DNA of 10,460 nt, from NCBI GenBank assembly GCA_050125095.1, contig JASFEA010000113.1, positions 1 through 10,460 of the forward strand, read 5' to 3'. The stretch is from a bacterium (GTDB taxonomy: Bacteria > Arandabacterota > Arandabacteria > Arandabacterales > JALGWA01). Shown in pieces: positions 1 to 6,997 of this stretch (position 1 is the first letter of the stretch; every line of letters starts with the position of its first letter). The notes below the pieces were generated by a model, which saw only the letters and a program-made list of their open reading frames with translations, did no database searches and was not told the DNA's origin. Made by a program: the position numbers and the translations under genes.

Positions 1-111
1 CGTCCCCTCCACGGGGAAGCCAAGCGCATCTCCCAGGCACTGCCCCAGCAGGCATCCGGAGAACAGGTCTTTGGAGGGTGCGCGCTTCCTTTCTTTCTTC
101 CGCCTAGGCAT
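1..111 (-). CDS. ADP-ribosylglycohydrolase (DraG/ARH family) protein, N-terminal part only; continues beyond window
   Basis: Manual translation from ATG at 111: MPRRKKERKRAPSKDLFSGCLLGQCLGDALGFPVEGT, matching the family N-terminal G-x-L-x-G-x-x-x-GDALG-x-P-x-E motif. An AGGAG SD-like sequence lies ~8 nt upstream. An alternative in-frame ATG is at 135, and the frame is closed upstream by TAG at 148-150. Confidence 0.85.
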   Translation of the reverse strand, partial: MPRRKKERKRAPSKDLFSGCLLGQCLGDALGFPVEGT

Positions 112-234
112 GGCTTGAGCTCCTGGTCCTGCCATTTCCAGAGAGGCCTATTCCATTACCATCTGAACGCATGAATACGGGAGTAAAGATCTTCAGGGTC
201 TCGGAGCGGATCGCGCTCGGGATCCGTTACATTT

Positions 235-263
235 ATTCTAGCACGACTCGATATTCTACTCAA
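235..263 (-). promoter_or_regulatory. Putative sigma70 promoter P2 for the ADP-ribosylglycohydrolase gene
   Basis: Minus strand TTGAGT (263-258), 17-nt spacer, TAGAAT (240-235), preceded by TGC (extended -10 TGn). It sits in an AT-rich patch of a GC-rich genome. Confidence 0.55.
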
Positions 264-412
264 TCACAGTCTCGAGCCCGGGGCCGTCAGCGTCACTTTC
301 TCGCCGGCTTCACGGCTTCCCCCGGGCTTGCCGCTGCGCCCGTGGAGTTCGAGTTGACAGCGCGCATCCCCGCCGGTCTCATTGGTGTTCGTGCGGTCTG
401 TAATCCCCTCGA
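262..412 (-). ncRNA. Candidate structured non-coding RNA or long leader, family unassigned
   Basis: Starts just after promoter P1. GAUUACAG (405-398) can pair with CUGUGAUU (269-262) to close the element. Nested stems GCCCGGGG/CCCCGGGC, GCCGU/ACGGC and GGCG/CGCU lie in 276-327, and G-U pairs favour the minus strand. No convincing ORF. Confidence 0.35.
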
Positions 413-418
413 AAGGAA

Positions 419-447
419 ATTCTACCGGCGGGTCGGGGATCGGACAA
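419..447 (-). promoter_or_regulatory. Putative sigma70 promoter P1 downstream of selB
   Basis: Minus strand TTGTCC (447-442), exactly 17-nt spacer, TAGAAT (424-419), with a T-tract (GTTTTTGC) just upstream of the -35. Confidence 0.6.
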
Positions 448-487
448 GCAAAAACAGACTGCGCGGGATACCGGCCGTTGTGCATTT

Positions 488-523
488 CCAGACCTGACCC
501 CAGACCTGACCCCAGACCTGGCC
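488..523. repeat. 12-bp tandem repeat (CCAGACCTGACC x3, third copy with one mismatch)
   Basis: ccagacctgacc 488-499, ccagacctgacc 500-511, ccagacctggcc 512-523. An inverted partial copy (gggtcagat, 526-534) overlaps the selB stop codon. Confidence 0.9.
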
Positions 524-528
524 CCGGG

Positions 529-2418
529 TCAGATGAGCTTGCGCTTGTCGGCCGCGCGGCGCGTGACGCCGAGGCGGTCCAAATGCTCCAGTATGGGGAC
601 TGCATACTTGCGGGTGGTTTCGAGGACGTTCTTGAGTTCGCTTACCGTGCCTTCTCCATGGGCCCGGAGATACTCGGTTATCCTCTTACGCGCCTCGTCT
701 ATGGCGCGGGCATGGACGTAGAGGCCGGCGTCGAGCTTCACGACCGAACCCTCCTCCATGAGGAGACCGATCACCTTGCGCAGAGTGGCGGCATCGGTGC
801 GGGCGGCCTTGGCGATATCGGCCTCGGATGGAGTCTGGAACATGCGGTCTTCCAGAAGCCCGAGTATGGTCTTCCTCGCGGCGTCCTCTGCGGGGCTGAG
901 CTCTACATCGCTCGAGCCCGCCCTGACCCTGCCCTTCCTGGTAAATACCTCGCCTTCATCGGAAAGCCTGCCGAGAATCCAGTTGAGCAGGCCGTCGGAC
1001 AGCCCCATCTTCTCCCGAAGCTCCTCCTTGGACATGCCCCACTCCAGGTTATTGCGGGACTGATAGTCTCCCAGAGTCCGCCTGATGCCCTCCTCGATTC
1101 TCTTGAGGACATCCGCGTGAATATACGCGCCCGGCGACACCTCATGGAGCCTCCCTCCCTCGGTCAGCGAATCGGCGATGTCCCGCGCTTCCTTCCGGGC
1201 GAGGTTGAGGCGCTTCCTCACCACTTCGAGCAAAGCGTCCCGGCCGTATCCCGCGATAAGCGCTTCGACGATGTCCTCGAGGCTTCCGGTGGCAAGCAGG
1301 CCGAGGAGCCGGGCGATTCCGGTGTCTTTCTTCTTATGCCTCCGGGCATGCGTCTCAAGCACGCGGCCACCGCCCACGGTGCTGGCGGGCGAGTACCTCC
1401 TTATCACGAAACGGTCGCCGAAGGCAGCCACCACCGGCGCTTCCAGCCTCACCTGCACAAAGGCCTTCTCGCCTGGGCTCACATTGCCGCCTCCTATAGT
1501 GAACAACCTTCCCAGGACCTCGCTCGATCCGAGGTGAAAGCGGATGCGCGAGCCCGTCCGCATCTCCCTCCTTATCGACGGCAGAAGGTAGAGCTCGGTA
1601 TCCAGCGAGGTGGTTGTCTCGAACTCCCCGGGCGTCACCACGCAGTGCCCGCGCTCCAGATCGCTCTTGTCGACACCGTGAAGCGCCACGGCCGTCCTCT
1701 GCCCCGCGTAGGCCCTTTGGACCTTTTCGTCATGCACCTCCACGCCCCTGACTCTCACGCCCGCTCCGCCCGGCAGCACCTCCAGCCTGTCCTCCCTGGC
1801 TATGCTCCCGGACCAGAGCGTGCCCGTCACAACGGTTCCGAAGCCCGTCATGGAAAAGACCCTGTCCACCGGCAGCCGGGCCGCCTCGCCGATTGCCCTG
1901 TCTTCGATTCTGCCGATTACCTCCAGCATGGCCTTCCTGAGATCGTCGAGTCCCTCGCCGGTCACGGCCGAGGTCTCGACTACGGGAGCGCCCGCGAAAG
2001 GGGTCCCCTCCAGGAACTTCTCAACGTCCTCGCGCACCAGGTCGACCATACCGGGCTCGGCGATGTCGGTCTTGGTGAGCGCGAATACGGCATGCCGTAC
2101 GCCGAGAAGGGATATGATGTCGAAGTGTTCCCGCGTCTGCGGCATTATGCCTTCGTCTGCGGCGATGACGAAGAGCACCGCGTCTATGCCGCCAACGCCC
2201 GCGAGCATGTTCTTAACGAAACGCTCATGCCCCGGCACGTCGACAAGTCCCACCTGCACGCCGCCGGGAAGGTCGATGCGGGCGAAGCCGAGGTCGATTG
2301 AGATGCCCCGCTCCTGCTCCTCCTTGAGCCTGTCGGTGTTTACGCCGGTGAGCGCCTTGATGAGTTCGGTCTTGCCGTGGTCGATATGTCCGGCGGTTCC
2401 CAGGACCACTCTACGCAA
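529..2418 (-). CDS. selB: Selenocysteine-specific translation elongation factor SelB
   Basis: 629 aa. G1 GTAGHIDHGKT, TDRLKEEQERGISIDLGFA, G3 DVPGHERF, G4 TKTD, RLPVDRVFSMTGFGTVVTGT. The C-terminal SECIS-binding winged-helix motif TTRKYAVPILEHLDR is present. TTG start, TGA stop. Confidence 0.97.
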   Translation of the reverse strand: MRRVVLGTAGHIDHGKTELIKALTGVNTDRLKEEQERGISIDLGFARIDLPGGVQVGLVDVPGHERFVKNMLAGVGGIDAVLFVIAADEGIMPQTREHFDIISLLGVRHAVFALTKTDIAEPGMVDLVREDVEKFLEGTPFAGAPVVETSAVTGEGLDDLRKAMLEVIGRIEDRAIGEAARLPVDRVFSMTGFGTVVTGTLWSGSIAREDRLEVLPGGAGVRVRGVEVHDEKVQRAYAGQRTAVALHGVDKSDLERGHCVVTPGEFETTTSLDTELYLLPSIRREMRTGSRIRFHLGSSEVLGRLFTIGGGNVSPGEKAFVQVRLEAPVVAAFGDRFVIRRYSPASTVGGGRVLETHARRHKKKDTGIARLLGLLATGSLEDIVEALIAGYGRDALLEVVRKRLNLARKEARDIADSLTEGGRLHEVSPGAYIHADVLKRIEEGIRRTLGDYQSRNNLEWGMSKEELREKMGLSDGLLNWILGRLSDEGEVFTRKGRVRAGSSDVELSPAEDAARKTILGLLEDRMFQTPSEADIAKAARTDAATLRKVIGLLMEEGSVVKLDAGLYVHARAIDEARKRITEYLRAHGEGTVSELKNVLETTRKYAVPILEHLDRLGVTRRAADKRKLI

Positions 2419-2436
2419 TTCTCATCCCTCCGGCCC

Positions 2437-3690
2437 CTATTCGGGCATTCGCTGGATGTCCGCCCCCAGGCCACGGAGCTTCTCCTCAATGGCCTCATAG
2501 CCGCGGTCGATGTGGTAGACCCGCGAAACATGCGTCTCGCCTTCCGCAACGAGCCCCGCAAGGACAAGCGCGGCGCTGGCCCGGAGATCCGTCGCCATTA
2601 CCGGGGCCCCGCTCAGTTTCTTAACGTACCCGACCTGCGCCGTGCTTCCATTGAGTTTGATGTCGGCCCCGAGGCGCCTGAGCTCCGGCACGTGCGTGAA
2701 GCGGTCGCGGAATATGGTCTCGCTTATTATGCTGGTGCCCTTCGCGATGGTCATGAGGGCCATAAACTGCGCCTGCATGTCGGTGGGGAAGCCGGGGTAA
2801 GGAGCGGTCACGACGTCCACCGAGTTCATGACCTTCCTGCCCTTAACCCTGATCCTGCCTCTTGCGGCCTCCACGGCAACGCCGCATTGCGCGAGTTTCA
2901 CAGTCACGGATTCGACATGCTCCGGAACGCAGTCGGTAATCTCGATCTGCCCTGCGGTTATGGCTCCCGCCACCATGTACGTGGCGGTCTCGATACGGTC
3001 GGGGACTATCTTGAACTCGGCCGGCGAGAGGTCGTTCACGCCGTCTATGGTCATTACGTCGCTTCCCGCGCCGGCGACCCTGGCGCCCATGAGATTTAGG
3101 AAATCCGCCAGCGCAGTGATCTCGGGCTCCCTGGCGGCGTTGGTAATAACCGTCTGGCCGCGGGCCCGGCTCGCCGCCATCATGGTATTGGCCGTCGCTC
3201 CGACGCTGGGCGCCGAAAAAGTGACATGGCTGCCTTTAAGGCGCCGCGCCTCGCTCTTGATATACCCGTGGTCGATGTCCACACTGGCGCCGAGCTCGCG
3301 CATCGCCCTGATGTGAAGGTCGACCGGCCTCGGCCCCCAGGCGCATCCGCCCGGCAGGGACACCCGGGCTCTGCCCGTGGAAGCGAGCAGAGGCCCCAGC
3401 ACATATATCGAGGCCCGCATCTTCCGCACCAGGTCGTAAGGCGCCTCATGGCCCGAGACCTTGCTCGAGTCGATTGTCAGGACGTCGTCCTTGAAGTCGC
3501 ATGCCACTCCCAGCTGCTCCAGCACCGCGGCCATGGAGGCGACGTCCTGGAGGCGCGGAACGTTCCTGATTACCGAGACGCCGCGCGTGAGTAGGCATGC
3601 GGTCATCACCGGAAGAACGGCGTTCTTGGCGCCGCCTATCTTCACCTTACCCTTGAGCCTCTTCCCGCCCCTGACAATGATCTTGTCCAT
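2437..3690 (-). CDS. murA: UDP-N-acetylglucosamine 1-carboxyvinyltransferase
   Basis: 417 aa. GAKNAVLP, VRKMRASIYVLGPL, catalytic loop LPGGCAWGPRPVDLH, SVGAT, NAAREPE, PDRIE, PYPGFPTDMQAQ, ATDLRASAAL, HIDRGYE. Confidence 0.98.
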   Translation of the reverse strand: MDKIIVRGGKRLKGKVKIGGAKNAVLPVMTACLLTRGVSVIRNVPRLQDVASMAAVLEQLGVACDFKDDVLTIDSSKVSGHEAPYDLVRKMRASIYVLGPLLASTGRARVSLPGGCAWGPRPVDLHIRAMRELGASVDIDHGYIKSEARRLKGSHVTFSAPSVGATANTMMAASRARGQTVITNAAREPEITALADFLNLMGARVAGAGSDVMTIDGVNDLSPAEFKIVPDRIETATYMVAGAITAGQIEITDCVPEHVESVTVKLAQCGVAVEAARGRIRVKGRKVMNSVDVVTAPYPGFPTDMQAQFMALMTIAKGTSIISETIFRDRFTHVPELRRLGADIKLNGSTAQVGYVKKLSGAPVMATDLRASAALVLAGLVAEGETHVSRVYHIDRGYEAIEEKLRGLGADIQRMPE

Positions 3691-4569
3691 TCAATCCATC
3701 CTTGCGATTATGACTCTGTCTCTTCCCGAAAGGTCCTTCACGACCTCAGTCCCGGCGGCCCCGGCCCGCGCCAGCAGCCGCTCGACCTCATGGGCCTGGC
3801 CGGGGGCTATCTCGAAGGCCGCAAGCGCGCCCTCCGATAGTATAGACGGAAGGCCGGGGACTATTCTTCTTACGAACTCCAGCCCGTCCTCGCCGCCGTC
3901 GAGGGCCGCGCGGGGCTCATGGTCCCTGACCTCGGGACCCAGGCCATCGATCTCTGAAGCCGCGACATACGGAGGATTGGAGACGCAGACGTCGAAGCGC
4001 CCTCCCCCGTCCCGTTCGCTTATGAAACCTATACCATCTCCGACGGCGAACTTCATGATGTTTTCCACGCCGTGCCTGGCCGCGTTAAGCCTCGCTGCCT
4101 CGACGGCCGCGGGTGAAAAGTCGGTCGCCAGTATAAACATGCCGGCGGCCCGGGAAGGGCCCAGGGCATGCGCGAGGCTTATTGATATCGCCCCGGAGCC
4201 GGTGCCGATGTCCAGAATCCTCAGCGCCTTACCGGCATGCGCTTTCACCTTCGACGCCACGCTTTCCACCAGCACCTCCGTCTCGGGCCGGGGTATGAAA
4301 ACGCCCTCGCACACGGTAAAGGCAAGCGAGTAAAACTCGCACTCGCCCGTGAGATACTGGAGCGGGTACCTCTTCTCTCTTCGCCCGGCCAGCACGGCTA
4401 TTCGCTTCTCATCGGCTGCGGACACTTCCCCGCCGCCCCGGACTTGAAGCTGGCTGCGCGACAGTCCCAGAACATGGCCGGCAAGCATCTCGGCCTCCAC
4501 CCTTGCAGAGTCGATGCCGGCCCGCCTTAAGGACTCCTCGAGTGAATCGATGAGAGAAGAAAGATGCAA
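3691..4569 (-). CDS. prmC: Release factor glutamine methyltransferase PrmC/HemK
   Basis: PLQYLTG, FIPRPETEVLV, SAM motif LDIGTGSGAI, NPPY, EP--ALDGGEDGL, KDLSGRDR; directly follows prfA. Start placed at TTG 4569 (GGAGGGAGG SD 7 nt upstream). The ATG at 4602 overlapping the prfA stop is the alternative. Confidence 0.95.
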   Translation of the reverse strand: MHLSSLIDSLEESLRRAGIDSARVEAEMLAGHVLGLSRSQLQVRGGGEVSAADEKRIAVLAGRREKRYPLQYLTGECEFYSLAFTVCEGVFIPRPETEVLVESVASKVKAHAGKALRILDIGTGSGAISISLAHALGPSRAAGMFILATDFSPAAVEAARLNAARHGVENIMKFAVGDGIGFISERDGGGRFDVCVSNPPYVAASEIDGLGPEVRDHEPRAALDGGEDGLEFVRRIVPGLPSILSEGALAAFEIAPGQAHEVERLLARAGAAGTEVVKDLSGRDRVIIARMD

Positions 4570-4598
4570 CGCGACGCCTCCCTCCGCCGGGGCCGGCA

Positions 4599-5669
4599 TC
4601 ACATGCCGGAGGACTTGATTTTCTCCCGGGTATCGTGGGCCCAGAGAGCATTGACTATCTCGTCGATGTCTCCGTCGAGCACGTCGTCGAGCTTGTGAAG
4701 GGTGAGATTGATCCTGTGGTCGGTGACTCTCCCCTGCGGGTAGTTGTAGGTCCGGATCTTCTCGCTGCGGTCGCCGGTGCCGACCATCTGCTTTCGTTCC
4801 CTGGCCCTTTCGCGCTCCTGCTCGACTCTCGCCATCTCATAAAGCCTAGACCGTAGCACCTTCAGCGCCTTGGCCCTGTTCTTATGCTGCGACTTCTCGT
4901 CCTGGCACTGTACCACTATGCCGGTGGGAATGTGGGTGATCCTGACCGCCGAGTCCGTTGTGTTGACGCTCTGCCCGCCGGGACCCGACGAACGGAAAAC
5001 GTCCACCCGGATTTCATCGGGCTTTATGTCTACGTCAACCTCGCCGGCCTCGGGGAGTATGGCCACCGTCACCGCGGAGGTGTGAATGCGCCCGGACGAC
5101 TCCGTTGCGGGAACCCTCTGCACCCTGTGGACGCCGCTCTCGAACTTGAGCCTGCTGTAGGCCCCCTTGCCCTCAACGAGGAACACGATTTCCTTGAAGC
5201 CGCCGACGCCCGTCGGGTTGGAACTCATTATGTCGGTCCCCCAGCCCTTCTCCTCGGCGTACTTGGAATACATCCTGTAGAGGTCGGCCGCAAAGAGGGC
5301 CGCTTCCTCGCCGCCCGTCCCGGCCCTTATCTCAACGAGAGTGTTCTTCTCGTCATTGGGATCCCTGGGAATCAACATGGCCTGGAGCTCCTGCTCGATC
5401 GCCTCATGCGAGTCCCTGAGGCCCTCGATCTCCTGCCGCGCCAGATCGACGAGCTCCTGGTCGTCGGAGGTCTTTATTATCTCCTCGGCCTCGGCGATTC
5501 CCCTGGCCGCCTCCTCGTACTCGTCGGCCTTCTTGACCAGGTCCTCCAGGTCGCTCATCTCCTTGGAGTACTCCCTCAGGAGCCTGGGTTTGCTGACGAC
5601 CTTCTCGTCGGAGAGCAACCGGCCCAGCTCGGCGTAACGCTCACGAGCTTTATTGAGCGCTTCCCACAT
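4599..5669 (-). CDS. prfA: Peptide chain release factor 1
   Basis: 356 aa. [30 protein letters not shown] (RF1-type P-x-T anticodon motif), GGQ motif [38 protein letters not shown]. Confidence 0.98.
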   Translation of the reverse strand: MWEALNKARERYAELGRLLSDEKVVSKPRLLREYSKEMSDLEDLVKKADEYEEAARGIAEAEEIIKTSDDQELVDLARQEIEGLRDSHEAIEQELQAMLIPRDPNDEKNTLVEIRAGTGGEEAALFAADLYRMYSKYAEEKGWGTDIMSSNPTGVGGFKEIVFLVEGKGAYSRLKFESGVHRVQRVPATESSGRIHTSAVTVAILPEAGEVDVDIKPDEIRVDVFRSSGPGGQSVNTTDSAVRITHIPTGIVVQCQDEKSQHKNRAKALKVLRSRLYEMARVEQERERARERKQMVGTGDRSEKIRTYNYPQGRVTDHRINLTLHKLDDVLDGDIDEIVNALWAHDTREKIKSSGM

Positions 5670-6618
5670 CCTGCCCGCTGACCTCCATATGAAGAGCGCG
5701 CCTGAGGGCGTCCAGGGCCACTTCTATCTGGTCGTCGCTAGGTTCGCGCGTCGTGAATTTCTGAAGGAGAAGTCCCGGCGCCGTAATCACCTTGAGCAGG
5801 ACGCCGCTGGTCCTCCTGCCGGCCCAACGGGTCACCTCGAAAGACAGCCCGGCGATGAGAGGCACAAGCGCGAACCTCCGCAGCCTGTCGGCGACCGTCT
5901 CTGGCCGCCCGAGGAAGATGAACACGATAATGGCTATCACCATCACGATCAGAAGGAAACTCGTCCCGCATCGCCTGTGCCTCGTCGTATGGCGCCTGGC
6001 GTTTTCAAGAGTCAACTCCTGCCCGTCCTCGTAGGTGGTAATGCACTTGTGCTCGGCGCCGTGGTATTCGAAGACCCTGCGCATATCCCGCCACAACGAG
6101 ATCAGGGCAAGGTAAAGGAAGAAGATCCCCAGGCGCACCAGGCCATCGACGACATTGAAAAGCACGCTCCCCTTGACCCCGACCAGCTCCGCGATCACGA
6201 GCGGCAGCCAGAAGAAGAGCAGGAGCCCGAGCGCCAGCGCCAGCACCAGCGTGCCGCCCATTGCCAGGCTTGACTTCCAGCCGCCCGAACCGGACTCGGC
6301 GGCGGCGTCCGTCATGGCCTCGCCTTCCTCTTCTGCTGGACCCGCTTCTTTGTCTTTATCAGCGTCTTCCTGGGCCACCTCGGCGGAATAGGACAGCGAC
6401 TTGATGCCCATGAAGAGGGTCTCGAAAAGCGATATCGCGCCCCTGATAACGGGCACGCCGAGCACCCTGTTCCTCTTCGTAATGGAAACGAAGGGCTCGG
6501 CTCTGTGCACGATATTGCCGTCGGCTTTGCGCACGCTGGTCACAACCAGGTCGGGGGACCGCATCATCACGCCTTCGATAACAGCCTGTCCCCCTATAGT
6601 AAGGCTATCGTTCTTCAA
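5650..6618 (-). CDS. DUF1385 (YqhQ-like) membrane protein
   Basis: 322 aa. Signature motifs [30 protein letters not shown] and LQKFTTREP, plus several hydrophobic segments. Customary position between rpmE and prfA/prmC. TTG start; overlaps prfA by 20 nt. Confidence 0.9.
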   Translation of the reverse strand: MKNDSLTIGGQAVIEGVMMRSPDLVVTSVRKADGNIVHRAEPFVSITKRNRVLGVPVIRGAISLFETLFMGIKSLSYSAEVAQEDADKDKEAGPAEEEGEAMTDAAAESGSGGWKSSLAMGGTLVLALALGLLLFFWLPLVIAELVGVKGSVLFNVVDGLVRLGIFFLYLALISLWRDMRRVFEYHGAEHKCITTYEDGQELTLENARRHTTRHRRCGTSFLLIVMVIAIIVFIFLGRPETVADRLRRFALVPLIAGLSFEVTRWAGRRTSGVLLKVITAPGLLLQKFTTREPSDDQIEVALDALRRALHMEVSGQDVGSAQ

Positions 6619-6626
6619 ACGATCAC

Positions 6627-6920
6627 CTACTTCTCTTCGGTCTTCTCTTCAGTCTTCTCTTCAGTCTTCTCTTCGGTCTGCTGTTCCGGCTTGTCTTCCA
6701 CGTTCTCTTCTTCATCCTCGGCCTTGAGGCCGTACTTTCTCCTGAACCTCTCGACCCTGCCGGCCGTATCGACCAGCTTCTGCTTGCCGGTGAAGAAGGG
6801 ATGGCAGGCCGAACAGATCTCGACGCGGATCTCGGGAGCAGTCGATCGCGTCTCGACTACGTTCCCGCATACGCAGATGATCTTCGACGGCACGTACTTG
6901 GGATGAATGCCTTTCTTCAC
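6627..6920 (-). CDS. rpmE: 50S ribosomal protein L31 (Zn-binding C+ type) with acidic C-terminal extension
   Basis: [43 protein letters not shown] start with a strong GAGGAGGT SD. Confidence 0.97.
   Translation of the reverse strand: MKKGIHPKYVPSKIICVCGNVVETRSTAPEIRVEICSACHPFFTGKQKLVDTAGRVERFRRKYGLKAEDEEENVEDKPEQQTEEKTEEKTEEKTEEK
6630..6677 (-). repeat. 12-bp coding tandem repeat x4 encoding (TEEK)4
   Basis: Plus strand cttctcttcggt cttctcttcagt cttctcttcagt cttctcttcggt, ending directly at the rpmE stop. Confidence 0.95.
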
Positions 6921-6952
6921 GTCACCTACCTCCTCAAACGCTCATAAAGTAC

Positions 6953-6976
6953 GGCGGGCGGCGCAAGCCGCCCACC
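6953..6976 (-). terminator. Strong hairpin between rho and rpmE (possible weak terminator or processing/stability stem)
   Basis: Minus strand GGUGGGCGGC-UUGC-GCCGCCCGCC, a 10-bp stem with one U-G pair, followed by only a poor U-tract (GUACUUUAU). Confidence 0.45.
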
Positions 6977-6997
6977 CATGGCTCTTACTAAGCTAAC

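Noticed and set aside
262..461. tRNA-Sec (selC), retron msr-msd, group II intron domain V or cobalamin riboswitch in the gap
   Set aside because: No cloverleaf or UCA anticodon arm, no reverse transcriptase in the window, and only fragmentary resemblance to the domain V or B12-box consensus. The CAGTCT/AGACTG inverted repeat (267-272/456-461) spans promoter P1 and is only 6 bp.
478..500. GGUCAGGUCUGGAA resembling SRP RNA helix 8
   Set aside because: Lacks the complementary GGAAGCAG half and the long SRP stem; explained by the 12-bp repeat.
488..523. CRISPR-like array
   Set aside because: Repeats are 12 bp and contiguous with no spacers; no cas genes.
171..605. ORFs 171..497(+) and 264..605(-) across the selB-ARH gap
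   Set aside because: No family motifs, they run through the repeat and both promoter candidates, and they lack credible SD sequences.
382..2301. 639-aa plus-strand ORF
   Set aside because: Antisense shadow of selB in the mirror frame, typical of GC-rich codon usage. No recognisable motifs or SD.
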